Positions 1-13,500 of a DNA stretch of 64,000 nt are shown here, piece after piece. A program made the position numbers and the translations under genes. Within the stretch, counting starts at the first letter, position 1, and the number at the start of each line of letters is the position of its first letter. The notes beneath the pieces are model-generated. The model was given only the letters and a program-made list of their open reading frames with translations, had not been told where the DNA came from and made no database searches. Source of the stretch: Lingula anatina (Eukaryota > Animalia > Brachiopoda). The stretch is from the NCBI GenBank assembly GCA_051362555.1, contig CM120646.1:1054001-1118000 (forward strand), read 5' to 3'.

Positions 1-2439
1 ATGACACAGTATGTTACCTTGGAACAGAAACAAAACTTATCTAAAGAGGGGTGGAAATTTAAAGCTGTTTCAAACTTCATTAACTTGAAATAAACACCAG
101 TCCGCAAATTAAATAGTGTCACAGAAATCTTAAGTTAGTTTTTGAGCTAAAACTTTATGTCTAATAAGTCTTAGCTCTATTAGTGTAAAAGGTCACTCAC
201 CTTGTATTTTCAATCTTTTAATTATACCCATGGGAATATTGTAAACTTTGTATACTCTCAGAGGTGAAAGTAGCCTAATTACATATGCCATACACACATT
301 CACTACAATTCAACAATTCTCAAAAACAGTATGACCAATATCGCAAAGTCATCTTTGTATAGCCAGCTATCCCATTTCAGCAGTCTAAGCTTAGCCCAAG
401 ATGTTTAGACTTTTTGTGAAGAAGTGTCTTGGCTGATAGCCCCTTTGTGCTGAACAGATATAGCAATTACAAATTAAAAACATCAATGAAATACACTGCC
501 TGTTATCGACAATGTCACATGGCCCTCCTGTTGTTTCTTTCAGATATATTCCAAATAACACTGTTCCTTGATGCTCCTAAATAGTTATGTACTTTTAGCT
601 TCATCATGATGGTAAATACACTTACACGTCCTTATATTTCCATAATTATTTCACAGATATCAGTTTAACATCTGGCATAATGTTGGCCAAGTGTCCAAGC
701 TGTACGCTAAAGATACTTCAACACATCGTTTCACACTGATCAAATGAACATGTATGTTTCTACAATATACCAATCTCCTAATCCACTTCTGTACTGTACC
801 AGTAATAGTTCAGTCATTACAATGCGGAACCAATTCTGGTTTTCTTGATTAGAAGCCAGTAGATCCATTTGAGCACTTTGCAAGCATTGTGATCAGACTA
901 CTGCCTAGGGTCTACAGGAAGTAAGAAATTTCACAGAACATCAATCAAATGATATCCCTATAGAATTGTGAACTTTCTGGTGGTAAGAAACTACAGAGGA
1001 ATACACAAGCTACAAGTAAGGCATCACATGTATCCTGGTATTGAGTTGTGACTTGAGCCCAAAGGTAACTTGGACTCAAGCCACTGATCTTATGGTTGCA
1101 CATTCAGAAGATTTATTGCAACAAATATATATCAACAAATATAATGGTAATTACATGCATTATGAGAGTATACAAATCAAATGTAGAATGAAACTAATTT
1201 TACAAAGAAAACACTTCGGTAATTTATTGAGCCAAATTGAATTCTCAACACTGGAAACAACCTCTGCAACCAAATCTTATCATACATGGGATCAATTCCA
1301 ACACATTTGAGTAGTCAAAATTAGATAACATTGTGATTCTCACACAACCCTGCTTTAATAATGGACCCCTAGAGCTATGGCTACAATGATCAATTTTTTT
1401 GAATCACAAATAATATAACATAATGGTAAATAACCCTCAAGTTTGCACCAGTTACTATTTCATATATTAGATGTTTATTTATCAACTGCTAGCACCTTTA
1501 TTTGAAAGAGTTATCAGCTTCAGTTTCATCTTAATTTTGGGGATTTTAAAATCATCTTTTTACATGTTTCAGAACAAGCTGTGTTATCAAATGAAAATGA
1601 AAATTCAGCATCATTAAGTTTGTGAGAAATTAATTATTGTTAATAGACTAAGTGAAAGAACAACTTGTTTATTTTATACCGCTTGACATGTGAGCTTTTA
1701 TGATAGTTACATATCAGAAATAGAAATTATTCAAGACAACCTCAGAACTTGTGTAAAAGTGAATGCCATTTTGTAGGATTTGGAAGAGAGTGGAGTCAGA
1801 CATAATGGAAGATGAAGGGGTGTGGAATGGCAACTAATTTTAATTTTAAGCTTTAAAAAGCTGAAAGAATTTATTCAAGGATATTTTCTGATTGTTTTCT
1901 AGAATCACTTTTGCAGTTGGTATATTCCTTGTTTTTTTTTTTTGTTTTTGTTTTTTTGTTTTTTTTTTGTGCTATTTTTGGACTGTTTTATAACCAGGTT
2001 AGCATTCACAGCCCTCTCATCTCTGAAATATTAACCCCATCTCAGCTGTTTCCTCAAGTTTTCTAGTCTTATATGACATTACACAGTGCCGATGGTTTCT
2101 AATCCACCTACATGTGCATGTGTGGCACCTTTGACAGAGACTTAAAAATAAACACCAAGTACATTATGACTGTTCCATAGTACTTATGTCCTATCTCTAG
2201 CCTAGCATCATGCACTCCTCTCTTAACGGTATCACATGCCTCAACGATACAGCAGGGACACCTGTTATTATGTATAATGTAGCAGAATCAGGCGTGTTTC
2301 CAGCCAACCTGGATTGACCTAATTCTGTAAACTGTGACCTGCGGTTAATTTCAATAAAAAAAACATGCAATCTAATGTTGGTCTTAACTTTTCAGCTTAT
2401 GTTTTATTTAGCACCTTGTCTTTAGAACAAATTAATCCT

Positions 2440-2625
2440 GCAGCCACTGTAATTTTAAACTGCCTGTCTTATTACAATTAGCTCACCATTGGATGCCAGC
2501 CTAATTACTGTTTTCCCACCTGTAGCTACTGTAATGTTAAACAGTTATATGTGTTTTATTACTATTAGCTCACCATGGGAAGCCATCCTAATCCCTTTAT
2601 TATCCCACTCACAGCCACCGTAATT
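2440..2625. repeat. Imperfect tandem repeat of about 85 bp (2+ copies)
   Basis: CAGCCACTGTAAT...TTATTAC..TTAGCTCACCAT.GGA.GCCA.CCTAAT recurs. Confidence 0.65.
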
Positions 2626-3197
2626 GAGGAATACCATATCCCATCATACTTATTTTTCAGAATTTCTTTAGTTTGAACCTACCATTTTTGTGTGTTTAGA
2701 ACAAACTAAGGTTAATAAATTGGATTTTTTTCTGCTGAGCCATCAATATATGTTCTGTCAAGTAAGGTTGCCTCAACTTGAGAAGAAACTCGACTTCTAT
2801 CCATATCATGCAAAAAAAAAAACCTGACTTGTGTTACAGCAGGAATTGTCCCTAGTGGATGTTTTCATAGGATACCCTGCTGTCTTCACACCATGTCAGC
2901 TGGAAAAGCTCCAGGAAAACAATTCTCCACAGACTAACTCAACACAAATGATTTACAGAGACCTTCAGTCTATTTTTGGTCATTGTTCCTTCCTATCCTG
3001 AACCAAGTTCAAATTATACACGCAAAAGCTACAAAAATAATGTAAATTAACTTCGTTGTTTAAAATTTTCTATGAACTTTAAATTTTTTAGAAACCTGTG
3101 TAAATCAATCAATCAGCAGGCTTTAAAATTTTTTATTAATACTTTTGATAATAACTGTTTGAATATGAGACTATTTAAAAAACTTTGTTATTCATAC

Positions 3198-3319
3198 CTT
3201 GATACAGCGAATATAATTTGGATTCTTGGAGAGCAAATTTTTCATCAGCTCAGCCACAGACACTTTAAACTGGGATCCAGCTGTTGGGGGGCGCTTCAAA
3301 GATATCTTGTCAGGATCAC
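3198..3319 (-). CDS. MYO1B: Myosin I exon ([19 protein letters not shown]...NPNYIRCIK)
   Basis: YIRCIK motif; AG/gtatga. Confidence 0.93.
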
Positions 3320-6300
3320 CTGCAAGAAAAGAGCAATTTGATGTTTTCTCTTCAAAAAAGTTCTTAAAACTTTAATATATTGTAATTAATATCATTCAAT
3401 TTCAAATTAAATAAGAATTTTTATAAATATCCCTGTGCTTTGTTTCGAATTTAAAAAAATTGTTCCGTGATCCATATTGCAGCAAATACCAGAGTGATGT
3501 AGACAAAAAAGAAGTGCACTTGTACAGGAATCACACAACTATTTTATACTCATCATTATTTCAAAATGAGCACAAATCTACGCATACATAAGTATACACA
3601 TATAAAGTGAGAACCAAACTGGTATTACAATTAACAATTCACTATATTCTGGACAAAGTCAAAGAAAGAGAGAGAGAGAGAGATTCTTCAGAAATGTCAG
3701 AGTAACATTGTTCCCCTTAAAGAGAATTCCATGTGTTTCATGCATAGATGGAGGTAGAACTTTTATACAAATCTATAAGATCTCAGCAGGTGTGTAACTC
3801 TGTGTGGGGGATTAGAGAGTTAAAAAATACAACAGTGAAATATCCAGACTTCTGAATGAATCCAGAAGATGTGCATTGTGCCAGCATGCGACATCTCACC
3901 TTCATCGCACACTGGATGCAGGGAAGGATAAAATCAAATAACAAATGAAAGGGAGCACAATGGCAACAGTTATAAAATAACTCTACCATAAATAATTGAC
4001 ATTTTTCTATAATCCGTTGTAATAAAGAACATTCACATCTATATAATTCTTAAAAATTATTTTTGATATTTTTTTCAAGCAGCATTGAAGAAGAAAAGAA
4101 AAGAACGCTAAACTAAGAAAGAGGCCACATATTGATATTTCTTTAGAATGTATAGAAGTCTGCAATGCAGGACCATGCCAGCAAAATGGTGATGATAAAT
4201 CTTAAAATGAATGAAAATTATTTTTTGGCTTTGTTGCCTATTAATGTGCAGTGAAGGAGGAGACACAACATGCAGAAGCATAAGAAAAGATTATTCTGGA
4301 TTGGATTGTTTTGTCTGTAAGTTCATATAGCATATTTTGATTTTTGTTTTCTGTGATCACTACCAAGGAAAATATATAGCTGTGTTGGTAGCTAGGTTAG
4401 GACATACCTTTATAATCTAAGTTCAGAAAAAAAAAACAACTGCAGAACTAAGGATTTTGCTAGAGAAGACTGTGCTGTAGGGGAATGTGTTAGAGAAGAT
4501 GATGAAAAGGCGTGTGTTAGTGGAGACTATGATGAAGGGGAATGCATTGGAGAAGACTAAAATGAAAGGGAATGTGTTAGAGAAGACAGCTCTGGAGCAG
4601 ATTGTGTTAGTTGAGCAATTTCTTACCTTCTGGAAACAAATCCTTGCAGAGAGAGTGCTGACACTGGTACATGGCCTGGGACAAATCTCTAAACAACAGA
4701 TCATTGTTTTTCTCCAGGAAACCATCCACTTTGTACACAACCTTGAAAAAATGAAAATATAATTAACTTATTAGTAATAAAAGTCACAAAAAGGTGCTTA
4801 TTATGTCCATATTATTACTGCAACACTGACAATTAATCGACTTTGTAAAAAACAGGTCCATGTCAATTTATGTGCAGCAATGAGAATAAATTGCCTGATC
4901 TGAATACCTTGATTATTGTTTTCTTTTAAAAGTTTCGTCTTTGAAAACTATATAATAAGAATATTACCTTAAATAACTAGGATTCATTGACATTCTGGTC
5001 ATGGTTAAGTATCCACCAATGTTACCTTTTAGTACAACACATTGCAATGTCTTCTGTCTAAGCTGACAAAGGATGACTACAATAGTTATTACTATTTACT
5101 GAGAACTGAAAATGGTTATATCATCTGCTTTTAATTGCAGAGTAAATTTCTCTTTTTATCTTTCACTTCCAAACCCTCACCTCTCCTGCGTAGTGTCTCA
5201 ACCTAAATGAGTCATGCGGTAGACTCTTGTCAGAGCGTGCCTTCTTCGTGCCTCGACTTTCAAAGTGCGGGTGCTCACAGCATGTCTGGTTTAGCTTGTT
5301 CAAGAACGTGGTGTCCGTGACGTTGCCTGGTCGCAAACATTCTTCATCCAGCATTGCCAATATTCCAACGTTACTCTGCAAATGAAATTATATAAAATGA
5401 AAACATAAAGTAGTATAGATTGGATTTTTTACTTAGAACAACTTTAAAATAAGATTTCTTGCTTTTCCAATTTTTTCCTAATTTGCCTATTTCAAAATGA
5501 TTAAAACAGGGCCATGATAATTATGTCTGCTTGTCAGCAAGACATCACAAAATCCGAGTTCTACTTATCTTTGTGAAGACAACATCAAATAATTTACATC
5601 ATCGTGATGAACCCCGTACCTTCTCAATGAGGTCACAGATCACAGAATTATCAAAGTAGTCAACGTGGATCCACTCTATCCCCTGAAAGACAGCAGGAAA
5701 ATTTTATAGTGCGATGAACGAAAAGTAAAAACATTAAAAATGGTAGCTCTGAAACAATGGAATGCCACCTATACCCCTGAAACACATTTGAAATTAAATT
5801 TAATACATCAGTCATATAAATTCATGTATGTAAAAGTTTATTATAAACTGCAAGGATAACAAAAAGAAAGAAAACAGGAAAATCCATTAGAAAGATGAAA
5901 AAAGATGTACTGAAAAATGGTAGCTCTGAAACAACTGGATCCCACCTTTATCTTCCACACCTTAAATTTGATGCATCAGCCATATCAAACGGATTGAACT
6001 ACAAGGTTGTCACACCTAACATACTGTCACACCTATCTCAATGCCTCACCTCTCTGATATACTCCTCCTGTTCCTCCTTCAGTGTGAGCTCTATGAAGAT
6101 CTGCTGTAGTTTCTCATTGCAGTAGTTGATGATGAACTGCTCAAAGCTATTGCTCTGAAATGAAACATTTCAAATATATAACATGGAAGCAGGGTCGGTG
6201 GGTGAAAAGTTCTTTCTCAGTCATAATTAGATCTTACTAGCTTCTAAGCCATTTCTAAAGTTGTCAGTTGGAAGGTCAACATTTTGACAAAAAGAATCCA

Positions 6301-9300
6301 GTCTGATTTTGCTGACTTCGGGCCAGGTATAAAACAGTGGATTTGACACTTAAATAATCATCTAAAATCAAAACCACTGAAGTCAACTGCTTTAATTACA
6401 TAATATCATTTGCTTTAAAGTCAAATATAAGAATTGAATGATAGCCATGATGCAAAAAGGGTGTGAACAGTAACACCTCAACAGGTTTTAGTTTCAGCAT
6501 CTACCTACAGATGGTGTTAGTGATGGCCTGCATTTACGTATTCATCAGATCATTTACTTACTTCAAATATTTCAAAGCCATATATATCCAGTACTCCCAT
6601 GACTTTCTTCTTGCCTGGTGTACGCACCTGAATGATATGAAATATACATATACAAACAAAGAAATTAATCAGTAATTATAGTGAGGATTACACCTGCCTA
6701 TAGTATTGTTCTGGTGTCAAAGAAATCAAAAAGAGCAAGACACTAAAATAAGGCTTAATAATATATGAAAATTAAAGTATTATGTCACACCAACTGAGTA
6801 TGAGATTAAAAGAGTAAAATGAATAATGATAAAAAGAGTAACATAAAACAAAGTGAAAGTAAAGTCAACTAAATGGTAAAGTAAACTTTTAAATGTTAAT
6901 AATGAAATTTGAACATTATAGGTTGAACTATTCTGCATATTAGTCAATATAGCCTTGTTAAGTTAATAATTTCTGACACCTAATAGGGTTAAAAGCTAAC
7001 CTGAAAGCTGTTAAAGGGACAGATAAATAACAAGGTAATTCAACATAAAATGGTGAAAATGATTCTGAATTTCGACTTCAAAAACTCAATAGACAGTGTA
7101 AAGATGCACCATAAGAGGACCAAATAACCTTGGAATTTTTTTTATTTAGAGTGTATACTAAATAATGGAAATAAAACAAAGGGTGTACCATGACTTTGAC
7201 AGTGACAGTGTGGTATTTAAGAAGCAGATTTATCTGTAATATAAAATTGGCAAAATGTGGCCCAGCTAAGAAGAAAAATAAAGGGGAAATGCAAGAGGAA
7301 TATAATGAATATTGAATAAATAATGGAACCAAAGCACAAGATGGCATTAAATGACTTGTTAATGATATATATTCAGGAAGAGATGTGATGGTAAAAGATA
7401 TCGAATTTCAATCAAGAGTTTGTAGCAGAGGTTAACCACAAAGTTGGCCAATGCATGGCGTTTTCTTATTTAGTGTGAAGAGGTTTAATTGTTATTAAAC
7501 TATATCATAAAACCATGTGTAACTCTAAAACATGCAGCATCTGAATACCAACATTTAGCTCCCAAAATATTTAGAGCCATCTTTAAACCAGCAGACTTGA
7601 AAGAAATGAGGCAAGAATTTGTTAAGTATTAATAGCATTAACAGGAAACCAGATAATCATTATGTATTAACAATTCTGGTTGAAGAGATTGACAAATGAT
7701 AGAGTAAATTGTAAATTGACAGAGTTAGTAGTCTGTCTCTCCCCCTATATATATACATACATGTATAGTTTTAATATTTAGCTCTTTTTGTGAAGACAGT
7801 TTGTTAAATTGAGTAATGCAGGAATGGGGAAAGCTAGGAGACCAGGGAAAGATGGAAGCTCTTGCCAGGTATTATTCATTACAAAAAGAGAACTTACCAT
7901 AATAGTTTTCTGAAGAAGTGGAATAGCCCAGGAGGACAAAGATGGTTTACAACATATATTTTTAATTTCTTATAACTGTATATTTTGTTAAATTTTAGTA
8001 GTTTCTGGTTTTATATCCTAACAACTGAATACCAGATTATATAAAATAAAGTGCTTATTTAATAAGTAGTTTGTGAAGAGAGTCAGTAAAGGTGCAATCT
8101 TGTATTATTTATGTGAAATAACAAAAACTCAGATTAAGCATAAGATCAAATAATAATAATAATGATGATAATATAAACAACAAAATTAAAATATAAAATA
8201 AAAAAATTGACAGATATACCCCGTCTCAGACTATTAAGATATTAATTTTGAGCAGCAACCCAATTTATCAACTTTTTACAATAACCCTCCATTCTTCTTT
8301 CCTTCTTCTTATCCCCAGTAGAGTTTAATATTCTAGATTATATTAATTGCTCATCATTTTCTAAAGTGATAATATTTAAATAGCTATCTTCATAATCAGC
8401 ATTATGCTTACTATACATAATTCTTTAATTCTGATAATTATCACCCCCCCCCCAAAAAAAAAAAAAAAAAATCATCCAATGTTGAGATGTCTATTTGCCC
8501 CCCACCCCTCACCCCCCTTCCCTCTGCAACCATCCCATCAAGTCAATTGCCTTGGATATCTTTACCTGGATACTGTCGTTGATCTTGCGTACCAGCCATG
8601 AGAATAGCCTGCTGTACATGGCCTTGGCTAGGGCATCGCGAGCATATGCAGCCTGGGGGAATAACGTCAATAAAACATGACAAGCTATTGGGTTATACAA
8701 TACCATTTTTGGCCAAAAGAAAATCATTTAATTTGTAAAGGTAAAAGAGTACAAAAAGACAAGCTTAATTTTTTCACAGTGAAAAATGATTGACTTCTAA
8801 AAATGTTTCAAATCCGAGAAAGAGCAGAAAAATACAGCTCTCTTTAAACAAAATGTAAGACATAAAATTGGTACTTGACAAGCTTTTCAGGATAATTCTG
8901 AGTGTAATTTTACATTTCATTCTTTTAAATTTTAAGCATTTTTAAAGCAAAAGAACATGATGGTGAGCAAAGACGAAAATGACACGAGAGAAAGATGAAA
9001 AGGAGAGAATACAGATTATTTTCTAGTTACAGACGGACATAAATTGAATGTAGAAGCAGAGGGAGGGATTTTTTTAGAACTACTCACCCCTGCCCCACTC
9101 AGTCCAACTTTGACCTTGTCACCCCTAGTTTCCACCGTTTTCTCTGTCAACGCTGCTTGTAGCACCTCGTACTGACACTTCAGGAGATCACAGATTTCTT
9201 CAACCTCTGAAGTACAGAAATAAACATAAAAAATCCATTGTTAATGTTAAGAAAACTCATTCTGATCACCGCAATGTGATTTGTGTCAGTTGACAATGTC

Positions 9301-10559
9301 TTGCAACAAAACTCCAAACAATGTTACGCTGTAACACTTTTCATTTAGACTTTATTATAAAAAAAAATTAACTTTCTTTTAGTTTATCTCATAAACATCT
9401 CAATGCTCCTTTTGGACAAAACTGGCCGTCTCACTCACCGTAGGACTCTTTCAACTGACACCCATCTGTGCCATCCATATTGCTCTGGCCAACAAACTCT
9501 ACGTTGCCCAGTTTAAGTACACTTGCCACCAGTTCAAACACACCACAGACTTCCTCAGGACTGAAGCCTATCACCTCCATGGCCCTCTGCCAAAAAAGTT
9601 TGAAAAATTTGGTACATATTATTGAAGTGTCAAAATACCAAATTCTATCATCAGGGCTGAAGTCTTTCATTTTCAATTTTCTCTCATAAGATACAGTTAC
9701 TGTATTGATAATTTTCCAATATTCAAGACATATTAAAGCCAGCTATTAATAGTGACAAAGGAATCATCTGCCTCAGTGATATAGCCTGAAACTGAACTGA
9801 CATTTTACCTCTGACAGTTTCATACCTTTCCGAGCAAAATAATTTTTAAGTAGTGTACCTTTAAAATCCTTACTGAGATTTCTAAACGTCTGAAATATCA
9901 GTCACTGGAATATAAACATCAGCAAAGTTTGTCCATTTTTCATTCATTTTATGAAAATAATATTCCAATGTCAAATTTTTTATCCAGTCTGTGTCTGAAA
10001 TCTCATTTAATCTACAGTACCTTAGTGACTTGAAAGTCCTGTTTGTCATCAATGGTATCCACCTCAATGGAGCCACTGTGCTTCAGAAAGTTATAACTTT
10101 CATAGTTCTTCCTCAACTTTAGAGACTCTGAAAACAGTCAGGAAAATGGGGTGACATTGATGCATTTATCACCGAATAATAATTAGATATAATAGAGGCT
10201 ATATCATCAGTATCAATTGCTCGTTGAAACTTAATTAAAGATCAAGATACATACTTCAAAGCATAAAAATGATGCTCTGTTCTGCAGTTACCTACACTAC
10301 AGCCCTCATTGCTTGATCATAGGTTATTTAATATTTACTACAATTTTTCTGAAGATCAATATTTTAACTTCTTAATTACCATCTCAAAGAAATCTTTTAT
10401 TGTGAGATGCACTATAATTTTGAGAAATACTTAAAGACAACAGTAGTCATAAAATGAAGTGTATATTGATTTTTCGTGGGAATCTTCAGACCACGGAAAA
10501 CCTCTTTCATAGTATACTCTCACATAGTTCAAACAAAATAACTTCAAGTCACTACAGGT

Positions 10560-10599
<40 letters not shown>

Positions 10600-13500
10600 G
10601 CTATGCTTACGTAACAAGTTGTTGTCAGCTCCAATCAAGAGTTGGTAAAAAATGTGAAAGCTTCTTTCCCCATCTGCATGGACTGCAACACGAGACTAAA
10701 ATAAACAAAGAATAATCATGAAATAAAAAAATATAATTATGATACCAATCTTAATTCCAACTGACAGATAAGCTGAATTATTTATGCATAACAAAAATAC
10801 CATGTTCCATTAAAAATTCTTAGCATACTTAACCTGTTGTAATCAACAACTCATTTGCATTTTTTTTTCACTTAAAACTATTCCAAAATAAATGACCCTT
10901 TAAAAAGTGCTATTGTACATTGAAAATACTGGCTCTCAACTTATTGTGGTAAAACATTGTATAATTACAATTTTACTTTAATATTTCTTAGGCAGTTAGT
11001 TTTTAAGTTGAAACTAGAGGATCAGAGAGGCGATACCGCCTCCAAATATTGTACCACCAGCTGGAGCAAGCGCATTCGTATAGACCCCCACATACACAAA
11101 ATAAGGGACACAGCCACCAGTCTTATGCTTGACAAGCTATAAAAATGCAATCAACAAGAATTTTCAAAATACGCAAAAAATATATATAACTTAAAATGGT
11201 ACAATCAAAGTTAAGTTCATCGTAAGGTAGGTCAAAGGTCAATTTCAAGGTCCCAGTAAATTGCCAATATATGACTTCCTATTCAAGTTCAATAGTAACT
11301 ACGGACCTATCTCAGCCAGTTTTGGAGATAAAAGGAAAGCAAAATTTGCAAAGTTCAGTTCATGGTGAAAAGTAGGTCAAAGGTCAATTTCAAGGTCACA
11401 TATAGATTGCCAGTATATGACTTCCTATTCAAGTCCAATAGTAACTACGGACCTATCTCAGCCAGTTTTGGAGATAAAAGGAAACCAAAATTTGCAAAGT
11501 TCAGTTCATGGTGAAAAGTAGGTGAAAGGTCAATTTCAAGGTCACAGTAAGATTGCCAGTATATGACTTCCTATTCAAGTCCAATAGAAACTACGGACCT
11601 ATCTCTGCCAGTTTTGGAGATAAAAGGGAAGCAAAATTTGCAATGTTCAGTTCATGGTGAAAAGTAGGTCAAAGGTCAATTTTAAGGTCACATTTAGATT
11701 GCCAGTATATGACTTCCTATTCAAGTTCAATAGTAACTATGGACCTATCTCTGCCAGTTTTGGAGACAAAAGGGAAGCAAAATTTGCAAAGTTCAGTTCA
11801 TGGTGAAAAGTAGGTCAAAGGTCAATTTTAAGGTCACATTTATATTGCCAGTATATGACTTCCTATTCAAGTTCAATAGTAACTATGGACCTATCTCTGC
11901 CAGTTTTGGAGATAAAAGGAAAGCAAAATTTGCAAAGTTCAGTTCATGGTGAAAAGTAGGTCAAAGGTTAATTTTAAGGTCACATTTATATTGCCAGTAT
12001 ATGACTTCCTATTCAACTTCAATAGTAACTATAGACCTATCTCTGCCAGTTTTGGAGATATAAGGGACTAAATGTTATAATTTTGGAGTTACCATAATGT
12101 GCCTTAAATTTCGTACAGAAAAAATTAATCAAAATAAAGAAAATGTCATTTTGGTCAAAATTCTTGAAATAGGAGGTGCTCTGAAGTTTCAGAAGTTCAA
12201 GTTTGATGAAATAATGTCATTTCTGAACACAAGTTGTCTGCTTTGCCAAGCCTAATGTTTTATTTTTCCAGAGTTCAAAATTTATTATCCATTACCGTAC
12301 TGCACATTTTGCTTTTACCACCAATATGTCCTTTTTGATACAGCGTAACTCGAAAACCGTATGGAATACAAAAAAACCGAGACCACCTCCAGTATTGGGC
12401 TTTACATGCAAAGTTCAGTTCATGGTGAAAAGTAGGTCAAAGGTCAATTTTAAGGTCACATTTATATTGCCAGTATATGACTTCCTATTCAAGTTCAATA
12501 GTAACTATGGACCTATCTCTGCCAGTTTTGGAGATAAAAGGGAAGCAAAATTTGCAAAGTTCAGTTCATGGTGAAAAGTAAGTCAAAGGTCAATTTTAAG
12601 GTCACATTTAGATTGCCAGTATATGACTTCCTATTCAAGTTCAATAGTAACTACGGACCTATCTCAGCCAGTTTTGGAGATAAAAGGAAAGCAAAATTTG
12701 CAAAGTTCAGTTCATGGTGAAAAGTAGGTCAAAGGTCAATTTTATGGTCACATTTAGATTGCCAGTATATGACTTCCTATTCAAGTTCAATAGTAACTAC
12801 GGACCTATCTCAGCCAGTTTTGGAGATAAAAGGAAAGCAAAATTTGCAAAGTTCAGTTCATGGTGAAAAGTAGGTCAAAGGTCAATTTTAAGGTCACATT
12901 TAGATTGCCAGTATATGACTTCCTATTCAAATTCAATAGTAACTATGGACCTATCTCTGACAGTTTTGGAGATAAAAGGGAAGAAAAATTTGCAAAGTTC
13001 AGTTCATGGTGAAAAGTAGGTCAAAGGTCAATTTTAAGGTCACATATAGATTGCCAGTATATGACTTCCTATTCAAGTTCAATAGTAACTATGGACCTAT
13101 CTCTGCCAGTTTTGGAGATAAAAGGGAAGAAAAATTTGCAAAGTTCAGTTCATGGTGAAAAGTAGGTCAAAGGTCAATTTTAAGGTCACATATAGATTGC
13201 CAGTATATGACTTCCTATTCAAGTTCAATAGTAACTATGGACCTATCTCTGCCAGTTTTGGAGATAAAAGGGAAGAAAAATTTGCAAAGTTCAGTTCATG
13301 GTGAAAAGTAGGTCAAAGGTCAATTTTAAGGTCACATATAGATTGCCAGTATATGACTTCCTATTCAACTTCAATAGTAACTATAGACCTATCTCTGCCA
13401 GATTTGGAGATATAAGGGACTAAATGTTATAATTTTGGAGTTACCATAATGTGCCTTAAATTTCGTACAGAAAAAATTAATCAAAATAAAGAAAATGTCA

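Noticed and set aside
190-240. Strong minus-strand donor (AAG|gtgagt) as the next myosin exon
   Set aside because: Upstream sequence does not encode the expected PN...QVRYLGL segment; the next exon is probably outside the window
4423-4762. 91-aa and 105-aa ORFs with repeated motifs
   Set aside because: Minisatellite plus the wrong frame or strand of a myosin exon
5736-5985. Direct repeat of about 80 bp as an LTR pair
   Set aside because: Only about 180 bp apart inside a small intron, with no TG..CA ends or PBS; a local duplication
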